From Eledone cirrhosa (taxonomy: Eukaryota), in assembly GCA_964016885.1 (NCBI GenBank), contig OZ024744.1, forward strand, positions 94,860,001-94,924,000: 64,000 bases of DNA. Reading direction: 5' to 3'. Below the pieces are notes generated by a model. The model saw nothing but the letters and a program-made list of their open reading frames with translations. It made no database searches and was not told where the DNA came from. Of the stretch, positions 1 to 12,869 are shown piece by piece. Both the position numbers and the translations under genes were made by a program. Each line of letters opens with the position of its first letter. Position 1 is the stretch's first letter.

Positions 1-84
1 AGAATAATTGATTATGAATAATTTTGAACCTCCAAATTTGTGGAACAGACACGGAGTTCTTCTTGGAATCCGCGCCGGGAGGAC

Positions 85-754
85 AAATAAGACCAGAAGA
101 TCAACTCTCAGAACAACAGGTGACTTGCTGTCTCATCCAAAGGCATGCCCAGAGTCATGCAGACAAAGTTTCCAGTGACAACATTGGTCTTAGGTGTCGT
201 CATGCTACCTCACTTCTTCCCTGAGGGCCTCAAGCTGAACACCGATGGCTACATCCGCGTTCTGAGTGAGGTAGTAAAGCCCTGGATCGACCAGGTAGCT
301 GCAGGTAGGCCGTACGTGTGGCAACAAGACTCAGCGCCCTGCCATACCAGCCGAAAGACCCAAGCCTGGCTGTCAGAGAACTTCGTTGACCACACTTCAC
401 CTGACATCTGGCCTCCCAGCTCGCCTGACTGCAACCCCCTCAACTTCTTTGTGTGGGGCGCAGTGGAACGAGACACCAACAGATCTAGCTGCAATACGAA
501 AGACGATCTGAAGGCCAGGATCACAAGTGCCTTTAGGGGCCTAAGTCGGGGGACAGTGACGAAGGCCTGTAGCCGGTTCCGAGGCCACCTTGAAGCCGTC
601 ATCAAAGCCAATGGCGGGTTTATCGAGTGAGATCGAAAGAACAAGTCATGAAGACAAACTGACCCAAGTTTGATAAATAAATCTTAAAAAATAAAACTAC
701 TGTGTTATTTTTTCCTAGACAGTAATCTTGTGAACAAATATCGTCCACACCCTG
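85..754 (+). mobile_element. Tc1/mariner DD37D (maT-like) transposon, 3' fragment with defective transposase
   Basis: WQQDSAPCH...WPPSSPDCNPLN with 37 residues between the second D and the third catalytic position, which is N here (AAC at 442-444). In-frame TGA at 121; terminus ...CACACCCTG runs into a TA microsatellite. Confidence 0.85.
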
Positions 755-756
755 CA

Positions 757-807
757 TATATATACACATACATACACACACATATATATATATATTTACA
801 TTCAGAC

Positions 808-887
<80 letters not shown>
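757..887. repeat. (TA)n-rich microsatellite
   Basis: Seen directly. Confidence 0.95.
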
Positions 888-889
<2 letters not shown>

Positions 890-1442
890 ATCCATTCACA
901 CACGGACACACATAGATTAAAAATAAAAAATAAAAAAATAGAAGGAAATAGTTTTATGAAATAGTAAAATAATTTAAAGAAATATAATGAATAAGGTAAA
1001 TGAATAATGGTGTGCAATTTAGACAGAGGAAAGTTGATTAAATCAACCCCAGTACATGACTGGTACTTTATTTTATCGACCCTGAAAGAATAAAAGGCAG
1101 AGTTATCCTGCCAAGGTTAATTTTAACTTTCATCCGTCAAGGGTCGATGAAATCAATTATCAGTTATGTACTGGGGTTGATATAATCAACTTCCCCTCCC
1201 CTCTAAATTACAGGCCTGGCACTTATATATAAGAAACAAACAACTAAATAATGCTATGAAAATGTCAAATTTTCAAGAAAGAAAGAAAAAACAAAATAAA
1301 TTAACTATGAACATATGGAATCAGTTAAAATCTCTCTTCTCTCTCTATTTGTCTATTTCTTTTCTCATTGAATTCTTGCACACTAACCTCCTTTAACCAT
1401 GATACATGTTACTAATGAAATATCGTATTTTTAATATCTTCT

Positions 1443-1983
1443 TATTCTCTTTTTCTTCACCCACTTATTCCTGAAAGGATCATGGGGACAGAGTCCTCAA
1501 ACATTCCTTCCAGCAGGTTCTGTCATCAGAAGAAACCGTCTCTAACTGATCCAGTTGTGGATCCCTAAGTGAGACCAACCAAATTCATGAATGTTATCCA
1601 ACCACCTTGCTCGGGGTCTACCCCTGTGTGTCCTGTCGGTTGGTTTTGCCCTTAAAATCTGTCCAGTGATTCTTTCCTGAGACATTCTAACCACATGCCC
1701 ACAGTATTGGAGCTGTGATCTCTCAATTTGGAGAAGTAGTGGCTCTACCTGGAGTAACTCTCTGATCTCTGAGCTATGCACTATATTGAGTAATGTTACT
1801 CCAAAGACCCTTTGGAGGAACCCCATTTCGACTGCTTGTATTCACAATCGTATTCTTTTGGTCATTACCCACGATTTATGACCATAGGTAAAGGCACAAA
1901 TACCAAATTGAAGAGAGCGAGTCTGGCTTTTACACCTACTTCCCTTCTTCTGATTACTGAATGCTGGAACTGGCATATTACTG
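1443..1983 (-). mobile_element. RTE-clade LINE 3' fragment
   Basis: IERSQLQYCGHVVRMSQERITGQILRAKP..RGRPRARWLD; same family at 35430 and 60810. Confidence 0.8.
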
Positions 1984-2069
1984 TCTAAATAAACTGATCT
2001 CTTTTCTGAAAATCTTAAATGCCTTTCAGAATCAAACTTACGACTTCAAGGAAGAATGTTTTTGTTCAA

Positions 2070-2290
2070 CCCTTTAACATTTACATTATTCTATATATAC
2101 TATCGTATTTTCACGGTAAAGCCTTTACATCACATAATTATCTCACATAATATCGAATCTATGAGATTTTGATATTATCTATTTTGAGAATAATACCTTA
2201 ACATAAGTATGAACAGCTGGTTATGGCCGGTTTGAACAGAAAGTGGTGAGAGAATTCTGGCTGGATACAACTAGTTTAAATGCTAAAGGG
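2070..2290 (+). mobile_element. About 220-bp piggyBac-like MITE (TTAA-CCCTTTAGCATTTA ... TAAATGCTAAAGGG-TTAA family)
   Basis: Homologous to the copy at 15076-15295, which has TIRs and TTAA on both sides. Confidence 0.7.
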
Positions 2291-3214
2291 CGAAACCCTT
2301 TGACACCAAAATCAATCAAAACTGGCAATGGTTCTATGAAACAAACCCACTCATTTGTTACACGCTTTGAGGTAAATTAGAACTGAGATTCCTGATATTT
2401 AAAATATCTTATATTCATTATCAAAGATTTTACTTTTAAAAAAATGTGCTTCAAACATGAATTATTTAATTTTAGCCAAAAGAGAAAAATGGTTCTGTTG
2501 TTTAGCTTAACCCTGATACCAATCTGGTCTAAACCAGTTCTGGTTTTATGAAACAATGACACTAATTTTAAAGGGATCATATTTAAACCAAAATCTCCCA
2601 ATATAGTTTTACGTAAAAGCTGTATATTAAGATATGATCTTAGTAACAAAATAATGAATAATTTTAGTTAATCCCTCCAAATTCTTCATTAATTCATTCA
2701 AATAAAGTGTATTTCATTAGAAATATAGCCATGAAAGAGTTAAGAACAATATGTTCAGTTACTATCTTACTAACAAACTAATTAATAATTCTTGCAAATC
2801 CCTTAAAATTCATTAAATAATTGAAATAAAGTGTATTTCATTACAAATATGGTCACAAAAGGGTTGAGAACCATATGTTAAGATACTATCTAAGTAAGTA
2901 TATATATATATTTGCTGGTATTCTTGGTACAAGTGTGTATCATAGTAATGAAATAATTAGTAATTTTAGTAAATTTCTCCGAATTCTTTTTATTATTTCA
3001 TAGAAATTAAGTGTATTTCATTAGAAATACAGTCATGAAAGGGTGGACTTATTGATTAATTTCAAAATTATGAAATGAAATATTGGAGAATTATGGTTTG
3101 AAAATTGGTGATATTGATTATAGTTTTCTGAAGAAGGGTTTTTAGATCCGAAATATTAAGACAGGCAAATAAAATAACAGATGACCCACCAATATCTTTG
3201 TTGCCTTCAAGAAT

Positions 3215-3430
3215 GTGATGTGCATGAATGATGATTGCTGGATGAAGAAGTGCCAGCAAATCCCAGTAGAAGGAAGCTGCAGTAGAGGTAGACCATAGCA
3301 GAGGTGGTGAGAACTGATCTCAAAATGCTCAGAATCACAGTCAACATGATGAAAGAACACCAGTGGAGAAATGCTGGGCTGAAAAGGAGCTGTCCAATCC
3401 ATGCAAACGTAGGAACATTATGATGATGAC
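3215..3430 (+). mobile_element. Degenerate RTE-like LINE 3' end
   Basis: Translates as MNDDCWMKKCQQIPVEGSCSRGRP..EVVRTDL, followed by a (GAT)n tail. Confidence 0.55.
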
Positions 3431-3439
3431 GATCACGAT

Positions 3440-4170
3440 AATAATTATTTCTACATTTGGCACAAGGCCAGCAATTATCCCAGTGCATTACTGGTACTTT
3501 ATTTTATCGACCCCCGTAAGGACGAAAGGCAAAGTTAACCTCGGCGGGATTTGAACTCAGACCATAAAGGGCTGTAACTCTATGCTGCAAAGCATGGCGT
3601 CCGACTCTCTACCGATACTGCCAATCCACCTCACGATAATAATAATTGTTTCTACTTTTGGCACAAGGCCAGCAATTAACCAGTACGTTACTGGGACTTT
3701 ATTTTATCCACCCCCGCAAGGATAAAAGGCAAACATTAACCTCGACGGGATTTGAACTCAGACCATAAAGGGACGTAACTATGCTAGAAAACATGACGTA
3801 CAACCCTCTACCGATACTGCCAATTCACAGATAATAATAATTGTTTCTACTTTTGGCACAAGGCCAGCAATTACACAGTGTATTACTGGTACTTTATTTT
3901 ATCGATCCCGGAAGGATGAAAGGCAGAGTTAACCCGGCAGGATTTGAACTCAGAATGGCAAGGGCCGTAACTCTATGCATCAAAGCATGCCGTCCGACCC
4001 TCTACCGATACTGCCAATTCACAGATAATAATAATTGTTTCTACTTTTGGCACAAGGCCAGCAATTACCCCAGTGTATTACTGGTACTTTATTTTATTCA
4101 CCGATAATAATAATTGTTTCTACTTTAGGCACAAGGCCAGCAATTACCCAGTGCATTACTGGTACTTTAA
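3440..4170 (-). mobile_element. Five head-to-tail tRNA-derived Nin/Deu-domain SINE copies
   Basis: The minus strand shows A box TGGCAGTATCGG, B box GAGTTCAAATC, central GCCTTTCATCCTT..GGTCGATAAAATAAAGTACCAG and a (TTA)n tail. Confidence 0.8.
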
Positions 4171-4429
4171 TGCTGCTTTGTAAGTTAACCAGCTGTTCAC
4201 ATCTCTATTTATGTTTATTCTAGTTATCCTCCATAAATATAAAATCTAAACCAACCGGCTTCTGATGTTCTTTGTTTATTTTCTTCAGCTGCCACAGTTT
4301 TAAACTATAAAATATGTAATCTAATATTAACAGCCCCTCCCCTCCCACCACTGCCTCACACCAATAAATAAATAAATAAATAAGGTGTGATAGTTTGCTT
4401 GAAGCATTGTAGAGTATGAAATGCCCAGG

Positions 4430-4625
4430 TAATAATTGTTTCTACTTTTAGCACAAGGCCAGCAATTATCTCAGTGCATTACTGGTACTTTATTTTATCG
4501 ACCACATAAGGATGAAAGGCAAAGTTAACCTCAGTGGGATTTGAACTTAGACTGTAAAGGGCCGTAACTCTACGCTACAAAGCATGGTGTCTGACCCTCT
4601 ACTGATACTGCCAATCCACTGCCCT
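4430..4625 (-). mobile_element. Nin/Deu-domain SINE
   Basis: Full-length copy of the same family. Confidence 0.8.
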
Positions 4626-4669
4626 TAAGGTAATAATCAGAGGGAATTACTTTCTTTTATTTCACTTAA

Positions 4670-4712
<43 letters not shown>

Positions 4713-5303
4713 GTAAAAAAAGTAAAAAAACAAGAAATGAATAAACATGAAAAAAAAATCAAATAAATAAATAAATAAATAAATAAATGAATAATAAATA
4801 AATAAATAAATAAATAAATTGTCACCTTTTGCTCATCTGGGGATTAAGATGTATATATGTATTGTATAAGTCGCCCCTACATTTTACATGCAACGGTTAT
4901 ATTGTAGCATAGTTTGTAGGTCCAGTTGATAAGTTGCATGTTGGGGTTTTTTTTCATTTACTTTCATGAAAAAAAATTGCGACTTATACACTAATATATA
5001 TACACTTCATGGTGAAACTCCATGAATAACTATAGCAACAATAATAGAAATAATACCAAATATATATATATTAAAAAAAACCCAAAACAATTTGTATTTC
5101 CATATTTGGTTGTATAAGTTGTAGTGAAAAAGAAAAATCTAGAACTAAGATCAGTAGAAGACTTCAGTTTCTAAAATATTCCACCTGTGTTCTCTGAGAT
5201 AAACAGACAGATAGGTCTATAGCAATAATTAATAATTTCCTGGAATGGAAAAAAGGTAAAGAAAAACTTAAAAAGAAAAAATAATGTTAAATCTTAAACT
5301 TAC

Positions 5304-5854
5304 AGAATCTTCCCCATGTTTTTTGGGGTCTGAGCTGGTCTCCTCAGATGGACAGGGTTTATCTATTGAACTTGCTCGTTCAGAAGATTCCAATTCACTA
5401 GCAGATTTGGTTTCAGACGACGGTTCCGTTTTCTCCAGAGATCCAGTGCCTTCAATAGATTCTGCCTTATCTTGATCCACAGAAGACTGCTCCAGTGATC
5501 CGGTTTTAGAATCCAAATTCTGCTGTTGGTCTGACTCGACAGATTTCGGTGTTTTTTCAGCCGTTTCTTCTTGATCCAAAGATCCAGTTGTTTGTTTCGA
5601 AGATTCTGCAGGCTTACCAGAATCACTTGCTTTGGTTGTATCAGATTCTGCATCAGCAGACTCGCTAGTCTCTGCTAATGCACTTGCATCTTTGACTTCC
5701 CCAGATACAGCAGCAGAATCGGAAGAACCTTCAATATCAGAAGCTGGTGGTTTTTCAGAATCATTAGGTTCAGATACTTGCTTTGATTCTCCAGTAGAAG
5801 TTGTGGTGGTGGTGGTAGTAGTTGTTGTTGTTGAGGTGGAATCATCAGTTTTTG
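5304..5854 (-). CDS. FCHSD2: FCHSD2/Nwk exon: S/T/E-rich low-complexity C-terminal region (about 184 aa)
   Basis: Acceptor aataatttcag, donor gtaagt, 551 nt open, phase 1-0 matching the upstream exon. Confidence 0.75.
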
Positions 5855-6349
5855 CTGAAATTATTAAAATAAAAAATAAATTTTCTTAAAATGCAAAAAG
5901 CTATCTGTTGAGTTTCAAAATGAATATGAAACATTTACAATTGTTTGTTTTAGTTATTTTAGTGAAGGTGTAGGTTTTAACAAGCCTGAGGTTGTGAGTT
6001 CAATTCCTCGACCTAGCGATGCATTATGTTCTTGAGCAAGACACTTTATTTCATGTTGCCGCTTTTTGCCAGGACTCGTGACCAGGAGATAGGAAGATAG
6101 TATCAACAATTGGAAAGACAAATGGAAATATTGATTCCTTGATCTGATCTGATAAGTTCCATCCCACTCAGTAAGTGAACAAGGTCGGGGATTTTGTCAT
6201 TACTTCGTTTTAGGTATTTAGAATTAAGAATCAAAATACTGATACTGCTAGAAGAACTGCAATTGACTTCTATACAACTAATTTCACTGTAAATTATGAG
6301 TTTTGTTCTTATTGACATCATCATAATTTCACTCACTTACTCATAACAC

Positions 6350-6660
6350 TAGCGGATTGTGTGCAATGATTAGTGGTTAGGGTGTTCTGCTCATAATCAT
6401 GATTTTGTTTCTTGCCCCAGGTGGTGTGTTGTATCCTTGAACAAGACACTTTATTTCACATTGCTCCAGTTCACTCAGTTAGCAAAAGAGAGTTGTACCT
6501 GTAATTCAAGGGCCAACCTTGTCACACACTGTGTCATGCTGAATCTCCCTGAGAACTATGTTAAGGGTGCATGTGTCTGCGGAATACTCAGCCACTTATA
6601 TGTTAATTTCACAAGCCAACAATTCCATTGATTAAATCAAATGGAACACTCACTATAGAA
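6350..6660 (+). mobile_element. tRNA-derived SINE with CORE-like motif
   Basis: tRNA-like head, then TCCTTGAACAAGACACTTTATTTCAC; related fragments at 5960-6060 and 33860-34060. Confidence 0.55.
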
Positions 6661-6955
6661 TACGAATGAGGGCTTCCATATAGGGGCAGCTGAAAAGTTC
6701 ATAGGGCGACTAAGATACTCTCATGGAATCACCAAATGAGGTTTACTTTTCAACATAGTCCCTCCTAGAAAGAAACAAATTATGTTGGAAGATTATAATT
6801 TAAAATGGGAAATCTTTAAAATGGATGGTTTTATTTCAGACTAGAAACAAAAGGGTTAATGAATTTTAAAATATTTTCTTTAAAGAAAGCTGGCCTACCA
6901 AGAAAGAGTGCTCAACAGCTTTTTCTGTGGATAGTCCTTTCAAATTTAGGTTTAA

Positions 6956-9520
6956 CCCTTTCAAACCAGCTATATCTGTTCAGAATTCTCTCACCTCTTT
7001 GTGTTTAAACTGACTGTAACAGGTTACTCATAGTTATATCAAAATGTCATAGATTCAATATTATTTGAGACATTATGTAAGGTAAAGCCTTTACCGTGAA
7101 AATACAATAGTAAATATAAAGTAATGTAAATGTTATGTGAGGTAAAGTCTTTACTGTGAAAATACAATAGTAAATATAGAGTAATGTAAATGTTATGTGA
7201 GGTAAAGCCTTTACTGTGAAAATACAATAGTATATATAGAGTAATATAAATATTATGTGAGATATTATGTGAGGTAAAGCCTTTACTGTGAAAATACAAT
7301 AGTATATATAGAGTAATATAAATATTATGTGAGATATTATGTGAGGTAAAGCCTTTACTGTGAAAATACAATAGTATATATAGAGTAATATAAATATTAT
7401 GTGAGATATTATGTGAGGTAAAGCCTTTACTGTGAAAATACAATAGTATATATAGAGTAATATAAATATTATGTGAGATATTATGTGAGGTAAAGCCTTT
7501 ACTGTGAAAATACAATAGTATATATAGAGTAATATAAATATTATGTGAGATATTATGTGAGGTAAAGCCTTTACTGTGAAAATACAATAGTATATATAGA
7601 GTAATGTAAATATTATGTGAGGTAAAGCCTTTACTGTGAAAATACAATAGTATATATAGAGTAATGTAAATATTATGTGAAACATTATGTGAGGTAAAGC
7701 CTTTAGTGTAAAAATACAATACTATATATAGAGTAATGTAAATATTATACGAGATATTATGTGAGGTAAAGCCTTTACTGTGAAAATACAATAGTATATA
7801 TAGAGTAATATAAATGTTATGTGAGATATGTGAGGTAAAGCCTTTATTGTGAAAATACAATAGTAAATATAGAGTAATGTAAATGTTATGTGAGGTAAAG
7901 CCCTTACTGTGAAAATACAATAGTAAATATAGAGTAATGTAAATATTATGTGAGATATTATGTGAGGTAAAGCCTTTACTGTGAAAATACAATAGTATAT
8001 ATAGAGTAATGTTATGTGAAATATTATGTGAGGTAAAGCCTTTACTATGAAAATCCAATAGTAAATATAGAGTAATGTAAATATTATGTGAGACATTATG
8101 TGAGGTAAAGCCCTTACTGTGAAAATACAATAGTAAATATAGAGTAATGTAAATATTATGTGAGATATTATGTGAGGTAAAGCCTTTACTGTGAAAATAC
8201 ACTAGTATATATAGAGTAATATAAATGTTATGTGAGATATTATGTGAGGTAAAGCCTTTACTGTGAAAATACAATAGTAAATATAGAGTAATGTAGATAT
8301 TAGGTGAGGTAAAGTCTTTACTGTAAAACTACAATAGTATATATAGAGTAATGTAAGTATTATGTGAGTCATTATGTGAGGTAAAGCTTTTACTGTGAAA
8401 ATACAATAGTAAATATAGAGTAATGTAAATATAGAGTAATGTAAATATTATGTGAGACATTATGTGAGGTAAAGCCTTTACTGTGAAAATACAATAGTAT
8501 ATAGAGTAATGTAAATATTATGTGAGACATTATGTGAGGTAAAGCCTTTACTGTGAAAATACAATAGTAAATATAGAGTAATGTAAATATTATGTGAGAC
8601 ATTATGTGAGGTAAAGCCTTTACTGTGAAAATACAATAGTATATATAGAGTAATGTAAATGTTATGTGAGGTAAAGCCTTTACTGTTAAAATACAATAGT
8701 AAATATAGAGTAATGTAAATGTTATGTGAGATATTATGTGAGGTAAACCTTTACTGTGAAAATACAATAGTAAATATAGAGTAATGTAAATGTTATGTGA
8801 GATATTATGTGAGGTGAAGCCTTTACTGTGAAAATACAATAGTAAATATAGAGTAATGTAAATGTTATGTGAGATATTATGTGAGGTAAAGCCTTTACTG
8901 TGAAAATACAATAGTAAATATAGAGTAATGTAAATCTTATGTGAGATATTATGTGAGGTAAAGCCTTTACTACAAAAATACAATAGTAAATATAGGGTAA
9001 TGTAAATGTTATGTGAGATATTATGTGAGGTAAAGCCTTTACTGTGAAAATACAATGGTAAATATAGAGTAATGTAAATGTTATGTGAGATATTATGTGA
9101 GGTAAAGCCTTTACTGTGAAAATACAATAGTAAATATAGAGTAATGTAAATCTTATGTGAGATATTATGTGAGGTAAAGCCTTTACTACAAAAATACAAT
9201 AGTAAATATAGGGTAATGTAAATGTTATGTGAGATATTATGTGAGGTAAAGCCTTTACTGTGAAAATACAATGGTAAATATAGAGTAATGTAAATGTTAT
9301 GTGAGACATTATGTGAGGTAAAGCCTTTACTGTGAAAATACAATGGTAAATATAGGGTAATGTAAATGTTATGTGAGATATTATTTGAGGTAAAGCCTTT
9401 ACTACAAAAATACAATAGTATATATAGAGTAATGTAAATGTTATGTGAGATATTATGTGAGGTAAAGCCTTTACTGTGAAAATACAATAGTAAATATAGA
9501 GTAATGTAAATGTTGAAGAG
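6956..9520 (-). mobile_element. piggyBac-like MITE inflated to 2.56 kb by an internal tandem array
   Basis: TTAA-CCC at 6952-6958 and GAG-TTAA at 9518-9524; the ends are colinear with the 220-bp copies. Confidence 0.8.
7072..9512. repeat. Minisatellite of 60/72-bp units, about 35 copies
   Basis: Unit GGTAAAGCCTTTACTGTGAAAATACAATAGTA..GTAATGTAAATATTATGTGA with an optional GATATTATGTGA. Confidence 0.95.
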
Positions 9521-9589
9521 TTAAAGTATAACAAACTTTCATGAAACATTCAAAAACTGACAGAAAAAGAAATATAGTTCTATTATTAC

Positions 9590-9707
9590 CTTGGCCATTT
9601 GATAAAGAAGGCGGTGTAAGTCTATCTGGTGTTGGTAATGTGACCATAACTGGAGGAGGGGGTGCAAAATCTGGTGGACCACCTTTTACAGGAGTCAGTA
9701 AATCCTG
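9590..9707 (-). CDS. FCHSD2: FCHSD2/Nwk exon: Pro-rich segment (Q)DLLTPVKGGPPDFAPPPPVMVTLPTPDRLTPPSLSNGQ
   Basis: Acceptor tatttcatagCAG (NAGNAG), donor gtaata, phase 0-1; a Pro-rich tail is expected after SH3b. Confidence 0.8.
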
Positions 9708-9842
9708 CTATGAAATATTAAAAGTATAATTCAATATATTGTTTCATCTTAATTTTTCTCTGTTTTAATTCATATAAAAATATACAACAATTATCTCTTT
9801 CTATCTATTTCTTTCATATATACAAATAAAAACAATAATATA

Positions 9843-10069
9843 CAGTCTGTTCGCTTTTTACGCAAAGATGTGTTCGTGAATGAGGTGTGTAGAGCAAATT
9901 CCCGTAATTCAAGTGTAATTTTCTGATAAATAAAAAAAATTAAAAACCACACGTTTTATAACACATTATAGCGCGTTATTCACACAAAGTGAATATTTAA
10001 CAATACCTGTTTAAGAGACGTTAAAACAAATTCGCATACTTCAAGTTCATGTAAAAAGTGAACAGACTG
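9843..10069. mobile_element. Tc1/mariner (pogo/Tigger-like) MITE
   Basis: TIRs CAGTCTGTTCGCTTTTTAC / GTAAAAAGTGAACAGACTG with TA on both sides. Confidence 0.75.
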
Positions 10070-10501
10070 TAACTGTATGTATTTATGTATATAAGAATAC
10101 ATTTGGTTATGAATACAAACCAAATGTTGTTTTTCAGATGCCATTTTCCTTCTCTAAGTGTAACCCAGAATGATTGTTCAAAATATTTTCCATTTCACTT
10201 CAGACATTGACCATGGTCACTAACTATCATTTTCAGATAAGCTGTTGTTTTTCTTTTTGTTTTCTTTTAAAATCATAATTTCTCATGTTTTTTTCTCTTC
10301 CGATGTTCTTAGCATAAAAAATGAAGCAAGATTAAGTTAATAATTTTGCCATTTTTCAAACATGACCTTTAAAAAGCAACAAAATAACCAGTTGCTTATG
10401 GGATATAGGAGTGAAGTTGATTTTATTCTGACTGGGGAAAGAAATATGCATTTGATCATGGAGACCATGGTGGGTAATCTATTTGTAAATATAGTTTAGT
10501 G

Positions 10502-10677
10502 CAATGGTACCCAATGTGGGTTCTGCGGAACCTAAGGGAGTGTCTGGGGTTCCATGAAAAAAGGGTAAAGGAGTATATTTATATTACGACTATATAACAG
10601 TATTAGACTTTGGGGTTCTCCCCAAAAGTTTCTGAACCAAAAAGGGTTCTGCATTTGAAAAAGTTTGGGAAACCTTG
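10502..10677. mobile_element. hAT (Charlie-like) MITE
   Basis: Degenerate TIRs CAATGGTACCCAA / TTGGGAAACCTTG; 8-bp TSD gtttagtg/atttagtg. Confidence 0.65.
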
Positions 10678-11453
10678 ATTTAGTGATTAATGAATTTATG
10701 CTGAAAATCAGATGATTAACAAATAACAGTAGAAACAGAGACTGAGACTACATAGATGCCCTTCATTTTTTGATTTCTAATTTGTTATTTAATTAAATGT
10801 GATTCTTCAAGCTAGCTCTGGTGGAATGTTATACATTAATTTCAATGGTGAACCACAGTACTAAATACATTTTATAACCAACATCTCCAGCCAATGTTTC
10901 ACTCATACACACACAAAACAAAAAGTCTTTAGTCTCTTTTGTTTCAGTAGTGAGTGAGTAAATGTCACTTATGATGGATAAACATCCAGAAATAGGTATC
11001 TGGCTTTCTCAGTTACTGAGATAGCTGTGATATGATCACAGTTTATAAAAAAATTAATATCGAGACTTTTATACATTTATCATCATCCTCATCCTCATCA
11101 TCATTTAATGTTCATTTTCCACGCTAGCATGGGTTAGACGGGTTGCCCCATAGTGAGACAAACCAGGTCTGATGACCATGACTTGCTCATACAGGGTTGG
11201 TTATGGCTTGATTTCTACAGCTGGATGCCACTTCCTAACACCAACCACATTTACATAACCATATTGAATATGCTTCCATATACACCCCAATGATGAATCA
11301 CACTCTGTTAGTGCCACTTCTAATTACCTATCTTACAATTGGGTTAGATATGATCATCCACTCACCTACAATAAACATTTCTTAGGGATAACAGTTAATT
11401 ACTGAATTGATTAATCAAACAAATAACTATAACACCTAGGAAATGTTTAATAA

Positions 11454-11670
11454 CCCTTTAGCATTTAAACCAGCCATACCCAGCCAGAATTCTCTCACCT
11501 CTTTCTGTTCAACCTGGCTGTAACTGGCCACTCATACTTATGTTAAGGTATTCTCAAAATAAATATTCTCAAAATCTCATAGATTCAATATTATGTGAGA
11601 TATTATGTGAGATAAAACCTTTACCATGAAAATACAATAGTATATATAGAGTAAAGTAAATGTTAAAGGG
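11454..11670 (-). mobile_element. piggyBac-like MITE copy (another at 11881-12081)
   Basis: TIRs CCCTTTAGCATTTA / TAAATGTTAAAGGG-TTAA. Confidence 0.75.
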
Positions 11671-12869
11671 TTAATGTAATTAATTTGACCAACTGGCTAA
11701 AGTTGAAAACAGAGATGGAGGAGAGGGACATCTGGAGAGGAGAGCAGTGTTGACCCAAGCAATTCGCTTGATCTGATGATTATAGTTAATGGTAGTAATT
11801 ATTAGAATTAGTGCGGTAGTTGAGTATCTTCTCTCAGTGTTGGTCTTACTTCCTGAACATTTAGTGAAAAACATCCTTAACCCTTTAGCTTCGAAACCAG
11901 CCATATTCGGCCAGGATTCCCTCACCTCTTTCTGTTCATACAGCTGTTCATACTGGTGTTAAGGTATTGTTCTCAAAATAAATAACATCCATCCAAATCT
12001 CATAGATTTGATATTATGTGAGGTAAAGCCTTTACCATGAAAATATAATAGTAAATATAGAGTAATATAAATGCTGAAGAGTTTAAGTAAATATGCTTAG
12101 CACATACAATAGAGTTGAGTGACAGTTTAGTTGCAGAGTCAATTAAAAGCTGCAATGTCACCTTCTCCAGCAACCTGGTGTATTTGGTGACTAAAACAGG
12201 CTTTTCTGGTTGTTGAAATATTAATTGCTCTCCGATAGGTTTGTGTCTGAACCTGCAGCAGTGAAGATTGCCAACATTTTTGGCCCCCATACTACATCAC
12301 TACTCACTATAATTGAAGTAAAAGTAGGCCACTTTCAGAAGTGAGCCCTGTGAATTGGAATGGTTATTCTAATGCGTCTTCCTTGCCATACTCTGTGGCA
12401 ACATTTTCTCCATTCTGTCTGTTGGGACCCCAAGGTAGCAAACATATGGGCTCCCACACTCAAGAGAAAGCTCTCCCACACTGGGGTAGCAATGTGAGGT
12501 TCTCTCTTGTCTTATGGCACTAAACATGAGTCAGTAAGTAAATATACTTTTGATTATGTAGCTCTGAGCTTTGGATATGAATAATATATTTCTTTTCACT
12601 CAGTTCTACAACAAAGGGCCTTTGTTGTAGAACTGAGTGAGAAAACTATAACAAGAAAATCGTCAACTGAACACTGATAGTGGCTCATACTATCAAAACT
12701 GAACATAGCTGTTTTTTTTTTCAAACATGGAAAATAAAAATAATTTTCTAAAATTAAGGGATGAAAAAGAAAAAAAAAACAAAATCAAAATAGAAAAAAA
12801 ATATATATAAATCAAATAAATAATAAATATATATATATATAAATAAAAAAAAATAAAAGCAATATGTAG

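Noticed and set aside
7039-9549. Long ORFs (up to 411 aa) of YFHSKGFTSHNI repeats
   Set aside because: By-product of 60/72-bp units being multiples of 3 in a MITE-derived array; frames break at indels.
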